Source: Candidatus Marinacidobacterales bacterium (GTDB taxonomy: Bacteria; Acidobacteriota; Vicinamibacteria; Marinacidobacterales; SMYC01). From it: 64,000 nt of DNA. The notes beneath the pieces are model-generated. The model saw only the letters and a list, made by a program, of their open reading frames with translations, searched no databases and was not told the origin of the DNA. The position numbers and the translations under genes are program-made. Shown piece by piece: positions 33,192 through 42,608 of the stretch. The stretch spans positions 928,001-992,000 of the forward strand of contig CBDCYI010000005.1 of assembly GCA_965224085.1 (NCBI GenBank), given 5' to 3'. How positions within the stretch are numbered: position 1 is the first letter of the stretch; each line of letters starts with the position of its first letter.

Positions 33192-35294
33192 CTAGCCGCC
33201 CGCCGCCAACCCGAACCGCTCGCCCCAGAGATCCACCACATAACGCAGCAGCGCGCGACCCCTTTCGCTACCCACCTGCTCCGAAACCACGAAGTCATGG
33301 GCTTCCTTTTTCGCATCCTCCCGCATCTTCGCGTCGCGAATCATGTCTGCGATGCGAAACATAGGCGCGCCCGACTGCCGCGTGCCGAAGTAATCTCCCG
33401 GACCGCGAATCTCGAGATCTCGTTCGGCTATCACGAATCCTTCCTGCGTCTCGACCATGACGCCAAGACGCTCTTCCGCCTCGGGCGTTAGCGTCCCGTA
33501 GCTGAGGAGCACCGTGGTCGAGGGCGCGTGGCCGCGACCGACTCGGCCTCGAAGCTGATGAAGTTGCGACAAGCCGAAGCGCTCCGCGTGCTCGATGACC
33601 ATCATGGTCGCGTTCGAAACATCCACGCCGACTTCGACGACCGTCGTCGCGACGAGAACGTCGATGTCGCCGCGACCGAAAGCCTCCATCGTCGTCTCGC
33701 GCTCTTCCGACGCCATGCGGCCGTGGACGAGCGCGACCTGCCGCTTCGCGAAAGCACCTTCCTTGAGTGAGGCGTAGCGATCCACCGCGGCCTTGACGTC
33801 CAACTTGTCCGACTCTTCGACGAGCGGGCACACGAAATAGACTTGATGCCCTGCGTTTAACTCCCGTTCCATCTCCTGCAGCACGGCTTTGAGCTCGGTG
33901 CTCTGTTTGTGAACGGTACGGATGGGCTGACGGCCCGGCGGGAGCTCCTTCAGAAGCGATACATCGAGATCCCCGTGAATCACCATAGCGAGGCTTCTCG
34001 GAATGGGCGTCGCCGTCATCACGAGCAGATCGCAGCGGAGGCCTTTCTCGCGAAGCTCGTTCCGTTGGAGCACGCCGAAGCGGTGCTGCTCGTCGATGAT
34101 GGCGAGGCCGAGCTCTTTGAACACGACGCCTTGTTGGATGAGCGCATGCGTTCCTACAACGAGATGCACGTCCCCATTTGCGAGCTCCTCGAGGAGCGTC
34201 TCGCGCTCCGATTTCTTCAGGCGCGCGCTGAGAAGCGCCACCCGGTAACCGGCGGGCTCGAGAAGCTTGCGGATATTCGCGTAGTGCTGCTCGGCGAGAA
34301 GCTCCGTCGGCACCATGAAAGCGACTTGAGCGCCGCCTTCCATGACGATGACAGAGGCGAGAACGCCCACGATGGTCTTTCCCGTGCCGACATCACCCTG
34401 GACGAGGCGTCTCATCGGCACGTCGCTCGCGAGCTCGTCGGCAATCGTCTTCGAGACGTCGCGCTGCGCCGAGGTCAAACGAAACGGAAGGATCTTGCGC
34501 ACGATCTCGCGAATCTCATCGTCCACGACGAAGACACGCGGTTTCGTGAGCTTCGTGTCTGACTTTCTACGTAGCTCGACCGCAAGAAAGAAGAGAAAGA
34601 GCTCTTCGAAGATGAGCCGCTTCTGCGGCTCCGAGCGAAACGCGTTATAGAGCTCGAGCGGCGCGTCCTCCTCAGGAAAGTGAACGCGAGCGATGGCTTC
34701 CTCTCGCAACAACAGTCCCAAGCGGCGCACCAGCTCCTCGGGAAGAAGCTCGGGAACATCACGCGGCATGCCGAGAACGAGAAAGTGGATAACCCGGCGC
34801 AGAACCTTGGGGCTCATCGCGCCGACGCGCTCGTAAACGGGCACGATGCGGCCCGCGTGGGTGGTCTCGTCCTGGCCCTCCTCGAGGAGCTCGTAGTGAG
34901 GACTCTTGACTTCGAGGAACAACCCGATCCCCGTCTGCTCGAACGTGCCGTAGATCAAAACGCGGCTGCCGGGCGTCAGTGAGTCTTTGAGATATTCCTG
35001 GTTGAACCAGACGGCTTTGAGCTTTCCCGTCTCATCTTTCGCGACGACCTCGACGATCTTGAAGTTCCGGCGCCGGGTCGTGCGCACGTGAACCGACTGC
35101 ACCTCGACTTCGACGGTGGCGCTTTGCCCGGCTTGAACCTCGTTGATTGTCAGCCGGCGGCTTCGGTCTTCGTACCGGAAAGGCAGGTAGAGCAGCAGAT
35201 CGTAGACGGTGTTGATACCGACTTTGGCGAGCGCCTCAGCTTTCTTGGGGCCGACGCCTTTGACGAACTGGATGGGGGTGTGGATATCGAGCAT
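33192..35294 (-). CDS. recG: ATP-dependent DNA helicase RecG
   Basis: QGDVGTGKT, DEQHRFGV, MTATPIPR, QLHQLRGRVGR. Confidence 0.97.
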   Translation of the reverse strand: MLDIHTPIQFVKGVGPKKAEALAKVGINTVYDLLLYLPFRYEDRSRRLTINEVQAGQSATVEVEVQSVHVRTTRRRNFKIVEVVAKDETGKLKAVWFNQEYLKDSLTPGSRVLIYGTFEQTGIGLFLEVKSPHYELLEEGQDETTHAGRIVPVYERVGAMSPKVLRRVIHFLVLGMPRDVPELLPEELVRRLGLLLREEAIARVHFPEEDAPLELYNAFRSEPQKRLIFEELFLFFLAVELRRKSDTKLTKPRVFVVDDEIREIVRKILPFRLTSAQRDVSKTIADELASDVPMRRLVQGDVGTGKTIVGVLASVIVMEGGAQVAFMVPTELLAEQHYANIRKLLEPAGYRVALLSARLKKSERETLLEELANGDVHLVVGTHALIQQGVVFKELGLAIIDEQHRFGVLQRNELREKGLRCDLLVMTATPIPRSLAMVIHGDLDVSLLKELPPGRQPIRTVHKQSTELKAVLQEMERELNAGHQVYFVCPLVEESDKLDVKAAVDRYASLKEGAFAKRQVALVHGRMASEERETTMEAFGRGDIDVLVATTVVEVGVDVSNATMMVIEHAERFGLSQLHQLRGRVGRGHAPSTTVLLSYGTLTPEAEERLGVMVETQEGFVIAERDLEIRGPGDYFGTRQSGAPMFRIADMIRDAKMREDAKKEAHDFVVSEQVGSERGRALLRYVVDLWGERFGLAAGG

Positions 35295-35318
35295 AACCGC
35301 GTTTCTACCGCGGGAATG

Positions 35319-35894
35319 CTACTTGTTCGCTCGCTGGAGTACCAAAGCCGTGCCGGGCTCCAAGCGGATGCTCTCGAGATCGTAAGGAAGCGAGAACGCG
35401 TCGCCGAGGCGAAAACCCGGAGGCAGAAACTCGCTCGTGTCCACATCCCCGATGAACGAGGCGATGAAATCCGGAGGTAAGGGGACTCCAGCGAGAGTGA
35501 TGCGCTCGAGAACGAGCTTGCCCACACCGCCGCCCGCTTTCACACGCGCCGCGATTTCGACGGGCACCTGCCCCGAGAGAAATTGCAAGACACCCGATTT
35601 CGGAAGCTGGCCTTCGAGCTTGTCGAGATCGAGCGTTGCCCCTACGATGGCGAGGCTTTTTTCGAAACGGATCCAGGGTGACTCGATCCCCTCGGGAAGC
35701 TGATTCTTGCTTGGGTCTTTAAGATAGGCGTTCGCGTCTTCCTCACCGATTTCGAACTCTTTCGAGGCATCCGCGCCGTTCTCGTGCCGCACGCGGAGCT
35801 CCTCGAGCGTTTTGTCCAGCTCGTCACCGGCAACGACGCCGGGCGAGAACCCAAGCGACAGAATGCCTAGCGGAGGGAAGAAAGCCAGCTTCAT
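35319..35894 (-). CDS. Secreted hypothetical protein
   Basis: GGAG RBS, signal-peptide-like N-terminus, co-oriented with recG. Confidence 0.65.
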   Translation of the reverse strand: MKLAFFPPLGILSLGFSPGVVAGDELDKTLEELRVRHENGADASKEFEIGEEDANAYLKDPSKNQLPEGIESPWIRFEKSLAIVGATLDLDKLEGQLPKSGVLQFLSGQVPVEIAARVKAGGGVGKLVLERITLAGVPLPPDFIASFIGDVDTSEFLPPGFRLGDAFSLPYDLESIRLEPGTALVLQRANK

Positions 35895-35941
35895 ATGTCT
35901 CCATCCTACTCCAAAACACGTTTGGACTGGATGAAGGGAGC

Positions 35942-36553
35942 CTATTCGATCTCCAACTCGGCGCGCAAGCGTTTCGCCTCGTCGTGCCCTGGCTCGAGGG
36001 CGAGTGCCTTGTCGACCTGTGTCAGCGCTTTTCCGGGATCCTCGAGCTCGAGATAGAGCCGCAGATCGACCGCGCCTGGATCGCGATGGATGCTACGTTG
36101 TAGAAGTTGAATCGCCTCATCGAGGCGGCCCCGCTCGCGCAGCGCCTGGACGTCGAAGAGCGCGGCAAGCGCCATCACGTCCTTCTCTCGATCCGCGTGC
36201 AGGTCTACCGGAGCGCGAACAATCGCCGGTTTCTCTTTGATACGCGCGAGATCCGTCGCGGTCGCGGGATCGACGTCGGCGAGGTGCGGTGAGAGCATCA
36301 GGGCTGTCGAGCGGGCGCGCTCGGCGAGCTCGAACTTCGCTTGCGAAGACGCGGCCGAGGACAACAAGAGGTGCACTTCACCATCGCAAGGCATGAGCTC
36401 CGCGGCACGCTCCAAATGCTCGAGCGCGGACGCCCCTTTGCCCAGCCGCCACTGACTCCAGCCGAGGTTGAACAGAAAAGTTGTGTCGGCCCCATCGGCG
36501 TCCATCGCCAACTGGAAGGCCTCCGTCGCTTCCACGTGCCGGCCGAGCTGCAT
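35942..36553 (-). pseudogene. TPR-repeat protein, probably 5'-truncated
   Basis: TPR-like helices; ORF starts mid-repeat (GVAL-MQLGR) with only about 50 bp before the divergent gene. Confidence 0.55.
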
Positions 36554-36602
36554 CAGCGCAACGCCTTGAAGCCTCGTACCCCCTTTTGGTAGTATCTGAG
36601 TC

Positions 36603-36995
36603 GTGGTGCCGGCTTATCGGTCACCGCGGTTCGATGCGCACAAGCCGCTGGTGTTTCGCGAACGCCGCCGCAATGGGAAATCGGCTCTGAAAAGCCAAAC
36701 GAAGAATTTGTCGCGCAACGGAGCGCTCCTCGAAAGCCGTGTTCCGTTCAATATCGGCACGGAGCTCGAGATCGACATCCATTTGCCACAAAACAGCGCG
36801 GACGTCACTTTGAAGGGCCGCGTTGTCCGGCTGGAGGAAGCGTCAGAAGACACCGGAGACACCCGCTACCACGTGGGCGTCGTCTTTCTCGCCGACTCCG
36901 AAGAGGACAATCGCCGGCTCGAAGGCTTCGCTTCCGAGATCTACCGGCCACTCGTCCACGATCACTCTGGCGAAGACATGGATCCTCCCGGCTAA
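36603..36995 (+). CDS. PilZ domain protein (candidate c-di-GMP receptor)
   Basis: Arg-rich RSPRF and (D/N)xSxxG (NLSRNG), GRVVR, VGVVF. Confidence 0.8.
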   Translation: MVPAYRSPRFDAHKPLVFRERRRNGKSALKSQTKNLSRNGALLESRVPFNIGTELEIDIHLPQNSADVTLKGRVVRLEEASEDTGDTRYHVGVVFLADSEEDNRRLEGFASEIYRPLVHDHSGEDMDPPG

Positions 36996-37017
36996 ACGCC
37001 GTACACTCTTAGGCGGA

Positions 37018-38265
37018 ATGAAACTCTGGGAGCCAACGCCGCCAAAACGCTCGGAACTTGGAGACCACGACGTGCGCCCGTTCGGACAGCATTTGGCTGG
37101 AAAACGGGTCGCGTTGATGGTTTCAGGCGGGATCGCTGCCATCAAAGCCCCGTTCATCGCGCGGGCGCTACGAAAACAAGGCGCCGAGGTCATCGCCTAT
37201 TGCTCGAAAGAGGCGCTCCGCTACACGACCGAAGACGCGCTCGAATGGTCGACGACGAAACCTGTCGTCACCCGCCTGACCGCTTCGGCCGAGCACTTGA
37301 ACGACGCCTTGAGCTTCGACGGCTACCTCATCGCCCCGGCCACCTACAACACCATTAATAAGGTTGCCACGGGCATCGCCGATGGCGTTTTAACGGCCAC
37401 TCTCGCTGCGGCGCTCGGCCGCATGGAGCGTTCTGACACCAAAGTGCTCGTAGCACCCACGATGCACGGTGACATGCATACATCGATACTCACCGAGTCC
37501 CTGCGCAAGCTACAGGGGATGGGCGTCCGGGTCATCCCCCCTCGCGACGATTATGGCAAGCACAACATCCCGGACACGCCGACGCTCGTCGCCGAAGTCT
37601 GCGCGGAGCTCAGCACCTCGCGGCTCAAGGGCCGGAGAATCCTCGTCACCGGCGGTCCGACACCGGTCCCGATCGACAACGTCCGCATCATCACGAACCG
37701 CTTCACGGGAAAGCTGGGCACCGCCATCGCCGACGAGCTCACGCTCCGGGGCGCCGACGTGAAATTCATCCTCGGCAAAACCGGGCTAACACCGCCGAGC
37801 TATATCGATTGCACGCGCGCGAGGACCTTCGACGAATACCGGGACGCCGTTTTGGACACGCTCGCCGACGACGAGTACGACGCCGGCATCTTTTCCGCCG
37901 CCGCGGCCGACTACAAACCGCTAGAAGTCACCGAGGGCAAGATACCCTCGGGCGGAGCCCTGAAGAGCATTCCACTCACTCCGACCGAGAAAGTGATCGA
38001 CCTCGTCCGCGAGAAATTCCCCAAGATGCCGACGATCTCCTTCAAGTACCAGGAAAACCTGCCCCACGACGAGCTGATCGCGATTGCCCAGGACCGTCTC
38101 ACGAAAGGCCACCTCGCCGTCGTCGCCAACCGCGGCGAGGAGACCGGCCCGAACGGCGAGCAAATCGCCTACATCATTTCCGAGGGCGCCGATCCCCGGC
38201 GCTTCCAAGACAAGCCCGAAATCGCCGCTGGTGTCGCCGATTTTCTCGAGAATGGGCTCAGCTAA
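37018..38265 (+). CDS. coaBC: Bifunctional phosphopantothenoylcysteine decarboxylase/synthase
   Basis: SGGIAAIK, APATYNTINK, APTMH, LVTGGPT..PIDNVR.ITN, VVAN. Confidence 0.88.
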   Translation: MKLWEPTPPKRSELGDHDVRPFGQHLAGKRVALMVSGGIAAIKAPFIARALRKQGAEVIAYCSKEALRYTTEDALEWSTTKPVVTRLTASAEHLNDALSFDGYLIAPATYNTINKVATGIADGVLTATLAAALGRMERSDTKVLVAPTMHGDMHTSILTESLRKLQGMGVRVIPPRDDYGKHNIPDTPTLVAEVCAELSTSRLKGRRILVTGGPTPVPIDNVRIITNRFTGKLGTAIADELTLRGADVKFILGKTGLTPPSYIDCTRARTFDEYRDAVLDTLADDEYDAGIFSAAAADYKPLEVTEGKIPSGGALKSIPLTPTEKVIDLVREKFPKMPTISFKYQENLPHDELIAIAQDRLTKGHLAVVANRGEETGPNGEQIAYIISEGADPRRFQDKPEIAAGVADFLENGLS

Positions 38266-38278
38266 GCTTTACGTTAAC

Positions 38279-38307
38279 TTGACATTCCCATGGACAGTGC
38301 GGATAAT
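38279..38307 (+). promoter_or_regulatory. sigma70 promoter of tRNA-Met
   Basis: TTGACA-17 bp-GATAAT. Confidence 0.75.
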
Positions 38308-38324
38308 ACTTCCCCTACGTTTGA

Positions 38325-38401
<77 letters not shown>

Positions 38402-38498
38402 ACTCCCCTTTAAAACAGAAGAACTTAGAGACACAGCTTCGGTGGGTTTTGTCTGCATGCTGGTCTCGGTAGGCATTTTGTCCGTGCTTTGTCCGCGT

Positions 38499-38820
38499 TC
38501 ACGCCTTGTGGCGTTTGATGTCGGCTTTCTTGCGTTCGGTCGGGAGGGTCGAGACGTAGCTGTCCGTATTCCTGACCGCTTCTCGGATGTCGTCCTCGTT
38601 GGTGATGTTGTATCTGTCGAAGACGGCACGAGTCTTGTGCCCGCTGATGGGTCGAGCAACGGTCTCGTTGACGCCAGCTCGCACCATGTTACGGATGCCG
38701 GTCCGCCTCAAATCGTAGGGCGTCTTGCCTTCCCTACCCGCAACGATGCCGGCCTTCTTGCAGGCTGTCTTCCACGTCTTCCGGAATTCGCCCATCCGCT
38801 TACCGCCCCAGGCCCTAGCC
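38499..38820 (-). pseudogene. C-terminal remnant of a tyrosine integrase
   Basis: YDLRRT..RNM...ISGHKT..VFDRYNI, next to the tRNA 3' end. Confidence 0.8.
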
Positions 38821-39129
38821 CTGCTCCTTAGCCTTCGCCAAGTACTCACTTACCGTTCCCACCGCCACGTGGAGCGCCTTCGCGATCGTCCGGTGCGTAA
38901 AACCCAGCTCGTGCTTAACCTCAGTATCTCGCGTATCTTTCTCATCCTGCCATTTTCTAGGTCGTCCTCCTTCCGCAACGACCTAGATTGCCTTGAAAAG
39001 CGCTACCGATGAGCGTTCACGGATGCCCGGAACGGGCGTTCACTTTGCCTGGAATCCGTGTTCACGATCCTCTGGAATGGTTGTTCACGTTCGGCTGGAA
39101 TCTGCGTTCACGATGCCCCGGAATACCCA
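38821..39129 (-). mobile_element. IS21-family left end with an istA N-terminal remnant
   Basis: Terminus TGGGTATTCCGGGGCATCGTGAACGC; MRKIREILRL...HELG...[14 protein letters not shown]. Confidence 0.75.
39013..39129. repeat. Five 22-23 bp GTTCAC..GGAA subterminal repeats of the IS21 end
   Basis: GTTCAC at 39015, 39038, 39060, 39083, 39106. Confidence 0.85.
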
Positions 39130-39288
39130 GTAGCATTAACGACTCTCGGACAGGACCGAGTTAGCCTGGCTAGCTCAGCTCGTCTTCTCTACCGCCGGTG
39201 GCTGTTGGGTCGCCTCAGAAAACAGCCAGCAGCCAACATTTTCTCAATGAGCGCTGGGAATCACCATCTTGGTCGCGCGACGGTCAGT

Positions 39289-39660
39289 CTACGAGTTTTC
39301 ACTTACTAAGTTTTGTTTTTTCAAATCCGTCGGTGTTGATTCATCAATAATATCTTTGAGTTTGTCTATGGATCGTTTTCCGAAACCTCCCATAGGTCCT
39401 TTCTTTTCATGGTCTATAAGATGTTTAACTTTCGTTATTTTTTCATCGATTTCTCTTTTCGATCGTCTTAGACTCTCATTTTTATTACGCAATTGAAAGT
39501 TTTCTCGCCTGAGAATTGAAGCAGGCATATCATCTTTTCGTTCTATTCCTTTAGGTCTTCGTGTCGTAAAGGTTTTGAAAGTTTCCGAGTCAACTATCTT
39601 CTTGATATTTTCAATATATTCCTGTGCGGCTTTCGCCGGCATGTCTTTCTTATTCTCTTC
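39289..39660 (-). pseudogene. AT-rich foreign gene fragment
   Basis: Abrupt low-GC segment, Lys/Glu-rich open frame, 5' end abuts the IS remnant. Confidence 0.4.
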
Positions 39661-40403
39661 AGGTTGTGACACTCGACTGTCGTTCGCTCAACTCACCGCG
39701 TCCGGACTTGCTCTCGATTCGTCCTTGCTCGGTATAAAGGCAGCCCAGCTTGACTTCCTGCCAGCGGCGGTCCACAAATACCATTCCTCCGTCTATCCCT
39801 ATGTAGAGCGGAGCCTTATCGATTTCGCCCGTTTCAGATTCAGCCAGCTCCGCAGGCTCTTTCGAAAACGCCTCCGCCTTTTTATCATCTCTGCGCACCA
39901 TGCTCAGAATTTTCTCCGAGCTCACCCCCACCCCGGTGAATTTTCCCAAGCAGTTGCTCGCTCGCAGAGCGGTAGGGCTCGATCACTCCCGCCAGCAGCG
40001 ACAACTCCTGTAGGGCTCGCGTGAATCCTTCACGGTCCACTTCCATCGGTTCCAGAAGCGGGTAGTTGCCTTGGTGGCATTCACAGCACTGCCCGTAGAA
40101 CACACTCAGCTCAACGTCTCGCCCTGCCAGTACCGTGTGTACCCGGAACGGTCGACGTTGTCGAAATCCCATCGCCGCGCCGCATTCGCATTCGCCCGAC
40201 ACTCCGAGACGCTCCGCGCGTTGGCTGAGCGCATTGCCTAGGACTTCGCGCAAGTATGCGCTGCCCTTGTCCCGCATCCACTCGTCACACCGCTGAACAT
40301 CGGATTCCAATTCCACAACCGCCTGCCACACTTCCTCGGCGAACTCCTCGAACAGACGACCGACCTCTTTACTGAACTCTTCCCGCGTGATATTTCTTTT
40401 CAT
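39659..40403 (-). pseudogene. ISKra4/UPF0236-like transposase remnant, frameshifted and truncated
   Basis: CECG..., HTVLAG.VEL...CCEC...PL, then LYIGIDGGMV..RWQEVKLG. Confidence 0.7.
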
Positions 40404-40555
40404 TGCGGTGTCCCTCCATTGGCCGCCTAGCTGCGACCGTTTTGTTTTTGCTATGTGAAGGACACCTCACCTTTCCCTTTTTGTCAAGCAATCATTTCTA
40501 TTGGAAAATCAACAGGATCACGGAAAATTTCACGCCCCTTCATTCAGGGTTTGCG

Positions 40556-40960
40556 TGTCCCTTCCACAAATTCGATCCGCGGAGGTGAAGCGCTCTCGCC
40601 CCCGGACTGAGTTCATTTCAATCGCTGCGGGCAGCATTACGGTGAGCGCGGGCTCGAAGCGCGCCCAAGAACGCTGCGCCTCGCGTGCCAGGGATACCAC
40701 GTCAAGCGCAACGAGCTCAAGCAGCGAGACGACCGTAATAATGATGGAGGGCGCCGACCTTGGGAACGACTATCACTCGCCCCATCGAGCGCCGCTGCAC
40801 CGGTCGTGGCTCGGGGGCTGCGTCGAGCCATTGACGGTCACCGGTAGCTCCATGGGAGTCTTCTTCAGCCTGGCATTCGCTCTCGAGTATCGTCGAAGGC
40901 GAAGAACCGCCAGAGTGGAAATCCTGGTTCACGTGATCCGAACTGCCGGCTCCCATCAGA
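40556..40960 (-). mobile_element. Right-end remnant of an integrase-core (IS481/IS3-like) IS
   Basis: C-terminus PEPRPVQ...VPKVGALHHYYGRLAA*; terminus CGGATCGAATTTGTGGAAGGGACA. Confidence 0.65.
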
Positions 40961-40970
40961 CGCACAGGCA

Positions 40971-41531
40971 CTAGAGCTCGTCGATACGAGGCAGGCGCGC
41001 CGGGTCGATATCCTTCAATCTCGGTGCGTTTGCGTCTCGCTCCGACAGAATCGGCGTTTTGACTGGCCACTCGATTCCAATATCGGGATCGTTCCACGCG
41101 ACCTCGATGCTGTTCTCCGGATGATAGCTATCAGCGCACTTGATGGTGATGAACGCAGTTTCGCTGACGATGCAGAAAGCATGGGCGAAGCCCGCGGGGA
41201 TATAGACGCGCCGTTTGTTCTCGTAAGAGAGCCCGATTGCAACCCATCGGCCGAAGTTGGGTGAGCCAACCCGCAGATCGACGGCAACATCTAGGACCTC
41301 GCCTTGAACTACATAAGCGATCTTGGCCTGCGGGTTGGGGTTTTGTAGGTGCAATCCACGGATCACGCCACCTCGTGAGAAAGACATGTTGTCCTGGACG
41401 AAGCGATCCCGGATGGACCACTTGCTATAGTGGCGGTAACTGTAAGCTTCCAGGAAGTAGCCCCGGTCGTCTTCCAGAACGTCGGGCTCGATCAATCGAA
41501 CACCCGGCAAAGATGTCTCGATGACCTTCAC
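40971..41531 (-). CDS. rfbC: dTDP-4-dehydrorhamnose 3,5-epimerase
   Basis: DDRGYF, FVQDN.SFS..GVIRGLH, IPAGFAHAF, WNDPDIGIEWP. Confidence 0.95.
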   Translation of the reverse strand: MKVIETSLPGVRLIEPDVLEDDRGYFLEAYSYRHYSKWSIRDRFVQDNMSFSRGGVIRGLHLQNPNPQAKIAYVVQGEVLDVAVDLRVGSPNFGRWVAIGLSYENKRRVYIPAGFAHAFCIVSETAFITIKCADSYHPENSIEVAWNDPDIGIEWPVKTPILSERDANAPRLKDIDPARLPRIDEL

Positions 41532-41593
41532 TTCGACACTTTCCTTCCGGCCAACCGCGGTGTGCCACGTTCGGTGCGCAGCAACCCGCGAGT

Positions 41594-42520
41594 CTACTGT
41601 GACGTCCCGGGATCGACAAGACCCCTTTCACGACGTAGCCGTTCGATGAATCCACCCCTTCGGCCGTAGCGCAGGAGATTCATGACTCCCCGTGGATTGA
41701 AGTGGAGAGCGATAGCGGCTCGTTTGATGAGGTTGACGAGGGATCTCTTTAGCAACGCCGCCACTCCGAGATCGAGACTATCGATGGCGTAGTTTCGCGC
41801 GATCGCGGTCGATTCCCGCTCGCGGAAGTCGGGCTCGCTCACGAGGCGGTTGTAGAGCGCCTCGTTTTCTAGGAATTCGCGCTTTGCATAGAGTCCGGGA
41901 CGGTTCGAGCTTTCGACTGCAACCACCGTCAGTTGCGGAATCCCGCGAATCGTCTTCCCCGCCCGCCAGGCGCGGTAGAGCCAGTCGCCCGAGGGCACGT
42001 CGAACGTCTCCCGATAGGAGCGCCAGGGGCCGACCTCCTCTATAGCCTCGCGGCGGATCACCCAGCTTGACGCGCGTACATCCATGTACGGTGCGAACGT
42101 TTGATCGGGGACCACGCTGCTCAGCCAGTTCGGCCCGTCTGCCCTCACTACTTCGACCATGGAAAAAACAACATCCGCCTCGTGGGTTTCCACCTCTCGC
42201 ACACAACTTTCCAAATGATCCGTCAGCCAAAGATCGTCGTGGTTGAGGTACGCGATGTAGCGGCCGCTGGAGCGCCGAAACCCCTCGTTGTTGGGGCCTG
42301 ACTGGTCGCCGACGTTTCGAGGCAAATTTACGAAGCGGATTCTCGGGTCGTCAAAGGAGCTCATGACTTCCTGTGTATCATCGGTGCAAGCGTCTCCCAC
42401 GACCCACAGCTCCCAGTTCTCCACGGTCTGGCGCACCACGGTGTCGATACAGAACGGGAGAATGTTGCTGCGGTTGTAGGTAGCCATGATGACGGAGACC
42501 AAGGGCGACGTATCCTTCAT
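41594..42520 (-). CDS. Glycosyltransferase family 2
   Basis: VSVIMATYN, VVGDACTD, AYLNHDD. Confidence 0.9.
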   Translation of the reverse strand: MKDTSPLVSVIMATYNRSNILPFCIDTVVRQTVENWELWVVGDACTDDTQEVMSSFDDPRIRFVNLPRNVGDQSGPNNEGFRRSSGRYIAYLNHDDLWLTDHLESCVREVETHEADVVFSMVEVVRADGPNWLSSVVPDQTFAPYMDVRASSWVIRREAIEEVGPWRSYRETFDVPSGDWLYRAWRAGKTIRGIPQLTVVAVESSNRPGLYAKREFLENEALYNRLVSEPDFRERESTAIARNYAIDSLDLGVAALLKRSLVNLIKRAAIALHFNPRGVMNLLRYGRRGGFIERLRRERGLVDPGTSQ

Positions 42521-42608
42521 GTCGATCAGCGGGGGCGTTGGGGATGGGATTATAGGCTAGGCTGGCTCCGTTCACCAGTTTTGGCCAATTCGGTACCCGG
42601 ACGGGCCC

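Noticed and set aside
39013-39129. Regularly spaced GTTCAC..GGAA repeats resembling a mini CRISPR
   Set aside because: The 22-23 bp period leaves no room for spacers, there are no cas genes, and they sit at an IS21 terminus beside an istA stub
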